Source of the DNA: Thermoanaerobaculia bacterium
GTDB lineage: Bacteria; Acidobacteriota; Thermoanaerobaculia; Multivoradales; Multivoraceae
Length of the DNA: 64,000 nucleotides
Direction: 5' to 3'
NCBI GenBank assembly: GCA_963664405.1
Contig: OY761158.1
Coordinates: 4,512,001 to 4,576,000, forward strand
Position numbers and translations under genes: made by a program. Under the pieces are notes generated by a model. The model saw only the letters and a list, made by a program, of their open reading frames with translations. It made no database searches and was not told where the DNA came from. Below are positions 1 through 8,698 of this stretch, one piece after another. The first letter of the stretch is position 1; every line of letters starts with the position of its first letter.

Positions 1-237
1 GAGCCGTGCCGTGATCAACGCCAATACGAGAAAGGGGTCAGGGTATCGGACAAGGAAATGCTGCAGCTCGCGGTGGCCAGGAGCGACTTCCTAGGAAAGT
101 GGAACTACACCCTCTCGCCGAGACCGCGAACCGAGCAGCAAGAGCTTGCCCCACAGCCTGGGCTCAGCTCACCACCACCTCCAATGCAGCGACCGCCCTG
201 TGGCGCCTCGGCCTCACACGCTCCGGCGATAATGTGA
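1..237 (+). CDS. ISAzo13-family transposase, C-terminal fragment (5' part outside window)
   Basis: Frame +1 reads ...DQRQYEKGVRVSDKEMLQLAVARSDFLGKWNYTLSP..., matching the ISAzo13 C-terminal motif Y-x-KG-x-x-VSD-x-EM...W-N-Y-T-x-x-P; TGA at 235-237. Not in the ORF track. Confidence 0.8.
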   Translation, partial: EPCRDQRQYEKGVRVSDKEMLQLAVARSDFLGKWNYTLSPRPRTEQQELAPQPGLSSPPPPMQRPPCGASASHAPAIM

Positions 238-257
238 AGTTATTTCCGCGCCGACCC
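1..257 (+). mobile_element. Right end of an ISAzo13-like IS inserted in a serine recombinase gene
   Basis: Transposase stop is followed by gttatttccgcgccgaccc|taa. Recombinase homology (EASRL) breaks exactly here; TAA 258-260 is a plausible target triplet. Confidence 0.65.
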
Positions 258-545
258 TAAGCGAGATGCCTCGATACAAAAGATCGCACCCACGCCTTGC
301 GCGCAGACCACCGCCACCAGCCGCTCGAAGCCCGGTCGCTCGACCTGGCCGCCCGCGGAGCGTCCGAGGTCCTCGTCGATGACGACCACGTCCTTGAATC
401 CTAGCTCGGAGGCGCGGTCCTTCAGTGCGTACTGACGCCGCTGACTCTCTCGGTTGTGGGCGACCTGCAGCGACGTCGACTGGCGAACGTACACCATGGC
501 AGAGCGGCTCAGATGCTCACTCGTGATCTTGGCACTCATCCTCAC
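258..545 (-). pseudogene. Large serine recombinase, N-terminal catalytic part, interrupted by ISAzo13
   Basis: KITSEHLSRSAMVYVRQS(catalytic Ser)T...QV..NRES..RQY...VIDEDLGRS...RPGFERLV...EASRL; homology ends at the IS junction. Confidence 0.85.
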
Positions 546-714
546 CCCTCTCCCGATGGTCTATCTCCTGCGCCTGTAGTGCCGCGTGGATCAGCAGATC
601 GATCAGAGCGTCCACCAACTCGCAGTGGCGAGCCGGCGTCAGCATCTCCGTCTCTGCCCTCGGTAGCGGCAACCGAATCTGCACGTTGCCCTGTAGAGCT
701 CTCGTTGCTCGCAT
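517..714 (-). CDS. Small hypothetical protein overlapping the recombinase start
   Basis: QIRLPL...ELVDALIDLLIHAA... is like the small ORFs that usually precede this recombinase class; overlaps the recombinase start. Confidence 0.5.
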   Translation of the reverse strand: MRATRALQGNVQIRLPLPRAETEMLTPARHCELVDALIDLLIHAALQAQEIDHRERGEDECQDHE

Positions 715-1030
715 CAGCAGCCTCCTCCTGTGGTCCTAGGGAAGCCAGCTTGTCGCAGACCGGTGCGAGGACAGAGTCGAGCAGCGAGCTGAGCTCGCCA
801 AGCGCAACGAGCGACGCCATCGGCGGTCCCTCGTCGAAGCTCTCGCACAGCCTCGAGTCCGCCATCCAGGCTGGCAGCTCCGCCAATGTGCCGTCGGGCA
901 GCTCGCAGGTCAAGAGCCGCTGATCGCGTCTACGGCTGTGTTTATGAACCACGAGAACCGAGCCGTACCGCGGATGCCAGCGGTAGCGGATCTCGACCTT
1001 CCTGCCAACGTGAGCACTATGTGACTGGAC
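542..1030 (-). CDS. Y4bD/Y4pK-like protein of the recombinase element (no start codon for the conserved N-terminus inside the element)
   Basis: HSAHVGRKVEIRYRWHPRYG...CELPDGTLAELPAWMAD...C resembles the Y4bD/Y4pK (DUF5372-like) family found beside these recombinases. Confidence 0.6.
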   Translation of the reverse strand, partial: VQSHSAHVGRKVEIRYRWHPRYGSVLVVHKHSRRRDQRLLTCELPDGTLAELPAWMADSRLCESFDEGPPMASLVALGELSSLLDSVLAPVCDKLASLGPQEEAADASNESSTGQRADSVAATEGRDGDADAGSPLRVGGRSDRSADPRGTTGAGDRPSGEG

Positions 1031-1470
1031 CGACCGGCATCGGCAAGTCGTATCTGGCGTGTGCTTTCGTCGAGAGAGCCTGCCGCAAGGGATCATCCAA
1101 CGCCTACTACGTCCGCACACCTCGGCTCCTGCACCAGCTGGCCGTCGGCCGAGGGGACGGCTCCTACAGTCGGCTGATGGCCCGGCTCGCTCGGCTCCAT
1201 CTCCTGGCCATCGACGACTGGCTCCTGGCGCCCCTGAAGCCCCAAGAGCGCCACGATCTACTCGAAGTCATCGAGGATCGCTCAGAAGGCGCCTCGACGC
1301 TGATCGCCTCGCAGCTGCTCGTCGAAGACTGGCACGCGGTGATCGGCGACCCGAACCAGGCCGACGCGATCTGCGATCGCCTACTACACCACGCCCACCG
1401 CATTGATCTGAAAGGGCGCTCACTGCGCGACCCGGAGGTGCCCGACGAACCCAAGGGATCTGCACAATGA
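1021..1470 (+). pseudogene. istB: IS21-family IstB ATPase, 5'-truncated just before Walker A
   Basis: VTGPTGIGKS (Walker A), LLAIDDW (Walker B), STLIASQ, ADAICDRLLHHAHRIDLKGRSLR. The upstream in-frame sequence is not IstB-like. Confidence 0.88.
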
Positions 1471-1514
1471 GCCCGTCGCTGCGCTCCGACTCCGGACCAA
1501 CCGACAGGGGGAAG

Positions 1515-1628
1515 GCCTATGGAAGCTGCCGGGTCTGCGGAAAACCCACCGCGCTGCACCCTGTTTCCCGCAGCCCTTGCAAAACGCCCCCCGCGCCCCC
1601 TCCCGCGTTTCGCACAGCTCCCACAGGC
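1515..1628 (-). ncRNA. Putative three-way-junction structured element downstream of istB (copy 1)
   Basis: On the minus strand: 14-bp P1 gcctgtgggagctg/cagcttccataggc, plus stems tgcgaaacgc/gcgttttgca and ctgcgggaaac/gttttccgcag. Same architecture as 57756-57843. Confidence 0.6.
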
Positions 1629-1697
1629 CAGGCGACGGCTAAATACGGACAAGTCAATAAGCGAAGTAGAAAAACGCCCCGGGCTCTGCCCCCTAAA

Positions 1698-1758
1698 CTG
1701 CGGCAGCTGCCGCAGCAGCGACTCTGCGAGATCCTTCTCCTTCGAGATCCTTCTCCTT
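1698..1758. repeat. 18-bp perfect palindrome and 16-bp tandem duplication
   Basis: ctgcggcagctgccgcag (1698-1715); cgagatccttctcctt twice (1727-1742, 1743-1758). Confidence 0.8.
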
Positions 1759-2034
1759 ACCAGCCGGAGCTCGTGGAAACCCTTATCAGGACCTCTACGC
1801 GTTTCGTAGGAAAGGCCACCGGAATCCGGGAGGTCGGACTCATTGGTCAGACCCCAGGCTCTTCTTAGCTGTGAGCAAGAGCGGGCTCGCGCTCACCGCC
1901 CGCTTACCAACTCAGCCCAACTGCCCCTATTCAGGCTGGTGATTCTCGATATTTAGCTGACCAATTAGTTGACCAGATGTTTGTAGTGAGAGCGTACTAT
2001 CGTTCTTTATCAGTAAGTTACAGAGATTAACGGG

Positions 2035-2084
<50 letters not shown>

Positions 2085-2093
2085 TCTTCCTCG

Positions 2094-2507
2094 CTAACGC
2101 TCGTCAGACGGATCGTGAGGCGAGCTTGCGGAGGGCGGACCGCCGGCTGCGCCAGCGCTCCTTGTAACGAATCTCGATCCACGCACAATCGCCCTCGCGG
2201 ACAGCTTGATGCGGATCGTGCGGGAGCCTCCGGCACCGTGGATAAACTGTGGAAAGTCCCGACCGTAGCCGCTGCAGCTCTGCCAGAGTCCCATGGCCCC
2301 TTCGACAACGTCGAAGCTGAGCTCGTTACCGTAGTCGAGACCGATCGATTCTCCGAGCCCAGGACTGGAGTGCGACGGCGGGCATTGGTCGACGGCCGCG
2401 AAGCTGGATGCGCCGATTAACTGTCCGGCCAGTAGAAGAGCGAGCGATATCCAGCCTTCCTTCCTCGGTTCTCGGAGACTGGGGGGTTGGCTTGCTCTTT
2501 GTTCCAC
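2094..2507 (-). CDS. Hypothetical protein, possibly secreted or truncated
   Basis: Signal-peptide-like WISLALLLAGQLIGASSFA; low-complexity C-terminus running into the att region. Confidence 0.35.
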   Translation of the reverse strand: MEQRASQPPSLREPRKEGWISLALLLAGQLIGASSFAAVDQCPPSHSSPGLGESIGLDYGNELSFDVVEGAMGLWQSCSGYGRDFPQFIHGAGGSRTIRIKLSARAIVRGSRFVTRSAGAAGGPPSASSPHDPSDER

Positions 2508-3155
2508 TCAATAATGTCTACGCGATCCGGTCTTGTTCTATTCGCCCAGCTCGCCGGTCAGCCTCCGGCGGCTCCATCTTCGGTCGGTTGGAACCAGCGC
2601 TGTCGGCGAAACGTTGTTTCTTTGAGGAGGGACTGTTTGGCTCACTCTGTTCTTGGTGCCGCGCTGCTCGTCGCTGCGACTCTGCTCGCCGAAGTGCAGG
2701 AGCGACGGGGAACGACTGAAGGGCGACTGCTCGAGGAGCTACCTCCGTTCCCAGATGCGCCACTCATCGAATCGATTCCTGCCCCTTCGAGAGTGGCCTT
2801 GGAGGGTCGGTGCCTTGCCGGAGATCGCTATCGCCTCACTCTCGAGTACGAGACCGAGGGAAGTCCGCGATACCAGGCGTTGTTGGTATACGCCGAGCCC
2901 TCGCATCGATTGCTGTTGGTGCAGTGGAACGGAAAACCTGCCGACGAGTCGATGAGGCGGATCGCGAAGGAAAGACTACTGGTAGCTTTCGAGCAGGACG
3001 CTGCGCGTCGTTACGTAACGATTCCCTTCACTCCCGTTGAGGACGACGGCCTGCTTGTCGAGATCCTGACTCTGTATGACGAGCGCATCAAGGCGATCTC
3101 CGGGAAGGTCGCTGACATGTGCAAGCTCTCAGTCGCGAATTGGGTGAGTGACTGA
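2487..3155 (+). CDS. Hypothetical exported or membrane-anchored protein (start uncertain)
   Basis: Hydrophobic stretch SVLGAALLVAATLLA followed by a globular-looking domain. Confidence 0.5.
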   Translation: MACSLFHSIMSTRSGLVLFAQLAGQPPAAPSSVGWNQRCRRNVVSLRRDCLAHSVLGAALLVAATLLAEVQERRGTTEGRLLEELPPFPDAPLIESIPAPSRVALEGRCLAGDRYRLTLEYETEGSPRYQALLVYAEPSHRLLLVQWNGKPADESMRRIAKERLLVAFEQDAARRYVTIPFTPVEDDGLLVEILTLYDERIKAISGKVADMCKLSVANWVSD

Positions 3156-3183
3156 CGCGAAGCGTCAAAGACAGGCCGGTACC

Positions 3184-3444
3184 CTAGCGGTAGACCTCTT
3201 TCCGGTGCCCGAGCTTCAGAATCACAATGATCAACGTGCTGCCGGAGATGCTGTAGAGCACCCGGTACGACCCCACTCGTACTCGGAAGACGTCCTCGTA
3301 GCCCTGAAGCTTCCTCGAACCTCGAGGACGAGGATCCCTCGCCAAGGCTCGTATCGCCGCCCCGACTCGCTCCTGTGCCGCGCGATCTAATCGGCGCAGC
3401 TGCCGTTCTGCGCTGCGGCTGATCTCGATTTCATAGATCGCCAT
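3184..3444 (-). CDS. Type II toxin, RelE/ParE family
   Basis: YEIEISRSAERQLRRL...PRPRGSRKLQG...FRVRVGSYRVLY...KLGHRKEVYR. Confidence 0.92.
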   Translation of the reverse strand: MAIYEIEISRSAERQLRRLDRAAQERVGAAIRALARDPRPRGSRKLQGYEDVFRVRVGSYRVLYSISGSTLIIVILKLGHRKEVYR

Positions 3445-3655
3445 CGAGGCCTAGCTCTGCGAGCACCTCTGCTAGTGGACGGGTGGGCTCGTGGCGAATC
3501 TGCTTCAGATCCTCGATGTCTTCGAGCTCTTCGAGGCGATCGATCAGAGCTTCCTGGATGAAGTGGCTCATCACCACTCCGTGAGATTTGCAGTATTCCT
3601 CGATCGCTCGCTTGAGGACTTCGTCGATGCGGGCGTTGATCTGGACCGTTGGCAT
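3431..3655 (-). CDS. Type II antitoxin (ribbon-helix-helix N-terminus, acidic C-terminus)
   Basis: VQINARIDE...FIQEALIDRLEELEDIEDL...LAEVLAELGL; overlaps the toxin start. Confidence 0.85.
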   Translation of the reverse strand: MPTVQINARIDEVLKRAIEEYCKSHGVVMSHFIQEALIDRLEELEDIEDLKQIRHEPTRPLAEVLAELGLDGDL

Positions 3656-3718
3656 GGACCGATGCTATCAATAGCTAGCACATGCTAGCAACTGAGGTTG
3701 GGCTGATTGAGTCCGGAT

Positions 3719-4501
3719 TCACACCACCGGGCACAATCCGCCATCGACGTTGATCGCTGTGCCGGTGATGTAGGACGCCTGGTCGGAGGCGAGGAAGCAG
3801 GCCAGATTGGCGAACTCTTCGGCATCGCCCATGCGGCCAATCGGGATCCTCTTGCCCATCGCCTCGACGAACTCGTCGAAGGTCTTGTCCGGCATTCGGT
3901 CTTGGTGGTGGCGATGCCATTGGTTGCTCACCAGCAGACCCGTGCACAGGGCGGTGACCAGAACGCCGAAAGGCGCGTACTCCTGCGCCAGCGCCTTGGA
4001 CAGCGCCATGCCGGCGGCCCGCGAGACGGAGGTCGGGGCGCTGCCCGCGCTCGGGGCCTTGGCGACGGTGGCGAGCACGTTGATCACCCTCCCCCAGCTG
4101 CGCTCGCGCATCCCCGGCATCGCCAGCCGGCAGAGGCGCACGGCGGCGAAGAGCTTGAGATCCAAGTCGCTCTGCAGGGTGGCGTCGTCGAGGGACTCGA
4201 AGGGGGAGGTAGCCGAAGTGCCGGCGTTGTTCACCAGAATGTCGACCGTTCCCAGCTCGGATTGGATCTGTGCAAACCCCGCCTTGATGGCTGCCGGGTC
4301 GCGGACGTCGGCCGCGATCGCGACCACTTTGCCGTTGCCGGCGGCGGCGATTTCCTCCCTGGCAAGAGCCAACGCGTCAGGATCGCGCGCCAGAATGCCG
4401 ACGGAGGCTCCGGATGCGGCGAAGCGCTTGGCCATCGCCAACCCGAGGCCGCGACTACCACCGGTGATGAGAGCGTTGCGTGAGTCGAGTCTGACTTCCA
4501 T
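3719..4501 (-). CDS. Short-chain dehydrogenase/reductase
   Basis: ALITGGSRGLG, DILVNNAG, ITGTAINVDGG; start MEVRLD after an SD-like GGAG. Confidence 0.9.
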   Translation of the reverse strand: MEVRLDSRNALITGGSRGLGLAMAKRFAASGASVGILARDPDALALAREEIAAAGNGKVVAIAADVRDPAAIKAGFAQIQSELGTVDILVNNAGTSATSPFESLDDATLQSDLDLKLFAAVRLCRLAMPGMRERSWGRVINVLATVAKAPSAGSAPTSVSRAAGMALSKALAQEYAPFGVLVTALCTGLLVSNQWHRHHQDRMPDKTFDEFVEAMGKRIPIGRMGDAEEFANLACFLASDQASYITGTAINVDGGLCPVV

Positions 4502-4587
4502 GAAATCTCCCCCCTCGTGGATGACTTTCTTTCTAGAGCTTGGATCAGTGCACTCTAGAAGATCCAATGAGGAATTGGGAGACTCTC

Positions 4588-4704
4588 CTAGGTGAGGCGG
4601 CTCAGGGCTTCGACGAGCTCGGTGAAATCGATGCCGAGACGGTCCAAGAACTGCAGGCTCAATCCGAGGGCGGCGAGGACCTGGATGGTTCTGCGCTCGA
4701 TCAT
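4588..4704 (-). CDS. Possible 38-aa small protein
   Basis: MIERRTIQVLAALGLSLQFLDRLGIDFTELVEALSRLT*; fills the ogt-SDR gap in the same orientation. Confidence 0.3.
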   Translation of the reverse strand: MIERRTIQVLAALGLSLQFLDRLGIDFTELVEALSRLT

Positions 4705-4833
4705 GGTCAGCGACCAAGAAGAATGTGGCTCTTGCTCGGTTCATCTCTTGGCTCCCCTCTGTTCTCTCCCGTCACCTATCTACTAGGGGAACGATGCGCC
4801 GACGTTACTGAGCTCTTGGGATTACCGTCCCTC

Positions 4834-5337
4834 CTACGCGCTGGCGAAGAGAGTTTTCTGGGCTTCCACCGCGACGCCCTCGAGCTCGAGCAGGGCTCTT
4901 TTGATCGGCAAGCCGCCGCCATACCCTGTGAGGCTTCCGTCGGAGCCGATCACCCGATGGCAGGGCAGCACGATCGGCAGGGGGTTGCGGCCATTGGCCG
5001 AGCCAACCGCGCGCGACGACCCGGGGCGCCCGATGCGCTCGGCAAGCCTGCCGTAGGAGATCGTCTGACCGTAGGGAATCTCGGCGAGGGCGTGCCAAAC
5101 ATGCTCCTGAAAAACCGTGCCGGTAGGCGCGAGCGCAAGATCGAAATCTCGCAGCTCGCCGGCGAAGTAGGCCTCGAGCTGCTCGACGGCAGCTTGCAAG
5201 CCGGCGCGATCTTGACGCCATTCAGGCTCGAGCACTTCCGGAGGCGTGCCATTGAGAAAACGGATGTGTCTCAGTCCTTCGTCGTCGCCGGCGAGGACGA
5301 TTCGGCCGATAGGGGATTGGATCTCGGTGTAGTTCAT
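4834..5337 (-). CDS. ogt: Methylated-DNA-protein-cysteine methyltransferase
   Basis: IPYGQTISY...RAVGSANGRNPLPIVLPCHRVIG with the PCHR active site; ATG overlaps the upstream TGA. Confidence 0.95.
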   Translation of the reverse strand: MNYTEIQSPIGRIVLAGDDEGLRHIRFLNGTPPEVLEPEWRQDRAGLQAAVEQLEAYFAGELRDFDLALAPTGTVFQEHVWHALAEIPYGQTISYGRLAERIGRPGSSRAVGSANGRNPLPIVLPCHRVIGSDGSLTGYGGGLPIKRALLELEGVAVEAQKTLFASA

Positions 5338-6845
5338 GACGTTGGGTCTCCATAGCTGTTCCAAAGAACGATGGCGGCATAGGCCCGCCACGGGCGCCAG
5401 GCTTCTGCTCGCTCTTCGAGCTCGCGGGGCGTTGTAGCACCCTCGCTGGCCCGCGACTTGAGTAGGCCGAGGTCACTGGACGGGAAGGCGTCGGGCTCTC
5501 CGAGACGCATCGCGACGTACTGGGCGGTCCATGCGCCGATCCCCGGTATTTGTTGGAGGCTCTCGAATAGGCGCTCGGGTCGAGCGATATCGAAGGAAAG
5601 CCGGCCGTCACAGACCGCCCCGGCGACGGCACGGATGGTTTCTATTCGCCGGCCGGTCACACCCAGGCCGTCGAGGTTGGCGTCAGCTAGGGCGTCGGGG
5701 GTGGGGAAGAGGTGGGTGAGCCCTTCGCAGTCGGTAACGACCGGGTCTCCACAGTGCGAAGCGATACGACCGGCAAGTGTTGTCGCCGCCTTGACCGAGA
5801 TCTGCTGGCCTAGGATCGCCCGCACCGTGACCTCGAAACCGTCCCACGCGCCGGGCACTCGCGATCCGAAGCGTCGAGGTAGCCAGGGGCGCAGGCGGGG
5901 ATCGCGGGCGAGGTGGCGGCGAATCAATTGTGGGTCGGCGCCGAGGTCGAAGACGCGGCGAGTGCGCTCGGCCAGCTGAAGGAGATGACTGGAGTCTTCC
6001 GATCGCACTCGCATCTCGAGCGCTGGTTTCCCCTTGACCGTGCTGACCTCTATTACCGCGGGCCGCTCTCCCAGACGTACGAGGCGGCGATATCGGCCCC
6101 CTCTGACGATCTCTACCCCGGGAGTCGCTCGTGGTCCCAGGAATCCGATCAGCGATCTCCAGTCGAGGGGCGGACGATAGCTCAACCGGAACACGAACTC
6201 CTCCTCCGGGCGAGTCGGGCGCAGCCGCCGCGCGTTGCGGCGCAGCTCGCCGGGGGAGCGAGCATAGAGCTCCTGAAAGGTTGCATTGAAGCGGCGCACG
6301 CTGCCGAAGCCGGCCGCGAAGGCGACGTCGGCGAGGCGGAGATCCGTCTCGTCGATGAGTCGCTTGGCGACGTGAAGGCGACGGGTGCGGATGACGGCCA
6401 GAGGAGACGCGCCGAGGTGGTCATGGAAGAGCCGGCTGAGATGCCTCGAGGTGATGCCGAGGCGATCGGCGACGTGGCCGACCCCGCCTTCTTCGGCGGC
6501 GCCCTCGGCGATGAGTCGCAGGGCGCGACCCACGGCGGTCGGGCCGTTGCTCCAATCCGGCGTTCCGGCGCTGAGCTCGGGTCGACAGCGCAGGCAGGGA
6601 CGGAATCCAGCTTCGGCCGCCGCCGCCGCCGACACGAAGTAGCTCACATTCTCGCGCTTCGGTGCCCGGACCGGGCACACCGGCCGGCAGTAAACACCCG
6701 TCGTGCGCACGGCGGTGAAGAAGCGGCCGTCGAAGCGGGCGTCGCGCGACAGTCGGGCCCGCTCGCACACGTCGGGGTCGATGCGTAGCGAGTGCTGAGA
6801 CGGTGGGCTCGGGCTGGTTTGCAATCTACCTCCAGTGCGAGGCAA
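5334..6845 (-). CDS. alkA: Ada-AlkA fusion (Ada Zn domain, AraC HTH, AlkA glycosylase)
   Basis: RDARFDGRFF..V.TTGVYCRPVC, FRPCLRCRP, GFGSVRRFN, AILGQQIS, IPGIGAWTAQY, WRPWRAYA. Start uncertain. Confidence 0.93.
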   Translation of the reverse strand: MPRTGGRLQTSPSPPSQHSLRIDPDVCERARLSRDARFDGRFFTAVRTTGVYCRPVCPVRAPKRENVSYFVSAAAAAEAGFRPCLRCRPELSAGTPDWSNGPTAVGRALRLIAEGAAEEGGVGHVADRLGITSRHLSRLFHDHLGASPLAVIRTRRLHVAKRLIDETDLRLADVAFAAGFGSVRRFNATFQELYARSPGELRRNARRLRPTRPEEEFVFRLSYRPPLDWRSLIGFLGPRATPGVEIVRGGRYRRLVRLGERPAVIEVSTVKGKPALEMRVRSEDSSHLLQLAERTRRVFDLGADPQLIRRHLARDPRLRPWLPRRFGSRVPGAWDGFEVTVRAILGQQISVKAATTLAGRIASHCGDPVVTDCEGLTHLFPTPDALADANLDGLGVTGRRIETIRAVAGAVCDGRLSFDIARPERLFESLQQIPGIGAWTAQYVAMRLGEPDAFPSSDLGLLKSRASEGATTPRELEERAEAWRPWRAYAAIVLWNSYGDPTS

Positions 6846-6912
6846 ATATACGCCCTCTGCGGCTCCAGGTCTGGCCGTTTTCGGACATCGTTGTCAATGC
6901 CCGATCGGGTGC

Positions 6913-7191
6913 CTAGACGACGAACTCCCGGTCCATCACGAAGACCTTGACGGTCTCCCGCTTGACCCCGTCCTCGATCATCGCGTCTTCGGTTGCGGGA
7001 GAGTCGAGGATCTCCATGTAGGTGTCGACGCTCTCCGCCTCGAAACAGACCGCGACCTCGTTACCCTCGCCCGTCGCTATGCCGATGGACCCCGACACAC
7101 TCTGACTCCTGAACAGGTCGCCGTGTGTACGAAAGCCCTCTTCCCATTTCACCAGGTCCTCCACCTGCGCCGTTATGACGATTCTGGTCAT
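6913..7191 (-). CDS. Small conserved hypothetical protein (dimeric alpha/beta-barrel-like)
   Basis: 92 aa with AGAGGAG SD; pattern VEDLVKWEEGF..H...AMIEDGV. Confidence 0.65.
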   Translation of the reverse strand: MTRIVITAQVEDLVKWEEGFRTHGDLFRSQSVSGSIGIATGEGNEVAVCFEAESVDTYMEILDSPATEDAMIEDGVKRETVKVFVMDREFVV

Positions 7192-7324
7192 CTCGTTTCT
7201 CCTCTGGTCAGAGTTCAGGTCAGGGATTCAGCATCCCAAGAAGACGATTCTACATCCGAGCCCCCTTGGGGATTACGGCCGATCCCCGACGTCGGTCTCG
7301 ACGCTGTGCTAGCTTGACGTCTCG

Positions 7325-8527
7325 ATGACAGAAGGCACAAGTCCCGCGCCTCTGACTGGCGTTGTCGTCATCGATCTGGGCCAGATCTATCAGGGTCCAT
7401 ACGCCACATTCCTGATGGCGCGGGCCGGGGCCGATGTGATCAAGGTCGAGCCACTGACCGGCGAGCCGCTGCGCCGCCGTGAGTCGGAGGGAGTAGGGCC
7501 TTCGTTCCCACTAGCTTTCCTCAACTCCAACAAGCGGGCCGTCACTCTGAATCTGAAAGAGGAAAGGGGACGGGAGCTCCTTCGCACCATGGTCGAGCGC
7601 GCCGATGTGCTGCTCGAGAACTTTGCCCCAGGGGTGATGGACCGCCTTGGTGTAGGCGCCAGAGAGCTGATGGAGCTCAATCCGCGTCTGGTATACGCCT
7701 CAGGTACGGGCTTCGGGCTTTCCGGCCCAGACCGCGACCGGCTGGCGATGGATGTCACGATCCAAGCGTCGGCCGGGGTCATGAGCATCACCGGAACACC
7801 CGAGGCTCCGCCGATGAGGGCGGGGCCGGCGATGGCGGACTTTCTTGGTGGGGTCCATCTCTACGGCGCTGTAGTCACCGCGCTCTTCGATCGGTCTCGA
7901 AGCGGGCGCGGTTGTCTGGTCGAGGTCGCCATGCAGGAGACGGTCTATCCCACCTTGTTGTCGGATCTCGGTCTTCAATACCGTGCCGGAGGAGAGCAGG
8001 CGCCGCGCCGGGGTAATCGACATGGAGCGGTGGCGCCCTACAATGTCTACGCAACCCGTGATGGTCACATCGCTCTCATTTGCACCGCAGACGCACATTG
8101 GCAGAGCCTGCTCGAAGCGATGGGCCGTCAGGACCTCGCCGACGATCCCCGCTTCGCGACGACGAGCCTACGAGCCGAGAATGAAGCGGCAACCGACGAG
8201 GCTGTGAGTGAGTGGGCGGCACGGCTGACGCGGGAAGAGGCCTACGAGATCACCCGCGCTCATCGCATCCCCAGTGCGCCGGTGCGAGATCTGAGTGAGG
8301 TGACCAACGACGCTCATATGCATCAGCGCGGCATGCTTCAGTGGGTTGATCACCCCACTCTCGGTGAAGTGGTTTTGCCGAACAGCCCCCTCCGCTTCCA
8401 TCAGCTGGAGCAGCCCGACTTGAACCCCAGCCCCGTCCTCGGCGAGCACAATAAAGAGATCTACGGCGACTGGCTCGGCCTGTCGCTCCAAGAGATCAGC
8501 GACCTGCACGACGACGGCGTGATTTGA
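7325..8527 (+). CDS. Family III CoA-transferase (CaiB/BaiF)
   Basis: PLTGVVVIDL, GADVIKVEP, NSNKRAVTLNLK, ADVLLENFAPG, catalytic Asp in LAMDVTIQA, PVLGEH. Confidence 0.95.
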   Translation: MTEGTSPAPLTGVVVIDLGQIYQGPYATFLMARAGADVIKVEPLTGEPLRRRESEGVGPSFPLAFLNSNKRAVTLNLKEERGRELLRTMVERADVLLENFAPGVMDRLGVGARELMELNPRLVYASGTGFGLSGPDRDRLAMDVTIQASAGVMSITGTPEAPPMRAGPAMADFLGGVHLYGAVVTALFDRSRSGRGCLVEVAMQETVYPTLLSDLGLQYRAGGEQAPRRGNRHGAVAPYNVYATRDGHIALICTADAHWQSLLEAMGRQDLADDPRFATTSLRAENEAATDEAVSEWAARLTREEAYEITRAHRIPSAPVRDLSEVTNDAHMHQRGMLQWVDHPTLGEVVLPNSPLRFHQLEQPDLNPSPVLGEHNKEIYGDWLGLSLQEISDLHDDGVI

Positions 8528-8609
8528 TCGCGGCCGCCTAGGAGCTCATCAGGGCCCGGGCAGACGACAGCTCTCCGTAGAGGGTATCCATTCCTCGCCG
8601 AAGCCAGGA

Positions 8610-8698
8610 GCCCATCCGTCCGCGGATGGGCGACGCGCGCCGTCCTCGGCGCCAACAGCATCGGGAATCAGAGAATGGTAATTCACCATTCTCTGATT
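8610..8698. repeat. Composite palindromic repeat, copy A (REP/BIME-like, between convergent genes)
   Basis: gcccatccg-tccg-cggatgggc; gcgccg-tcct-cggcgc (8637-8652); 14-bp stem aatcagagaatggt-aattc-accattctctgatt. Confidence 0.7.

Noticed and set aside
886-1020. N-terminal part of ORF 886-1470 as genuine IstB
   Set aside because: It is the antisense of the Y4bD-like ORF; IstB homology starts at 1021.
1467-1868. ORFs 1467-1868 and 1519-1809 as IS passenger genes
   Set aside because: Low-complexity translations across a structured non-coding region; no recognisable domain.
4502-4744. N-terminal extension of the SDR
   Set aside because: Not SDR-like; the SD and ATG at 4501 fit the family length.
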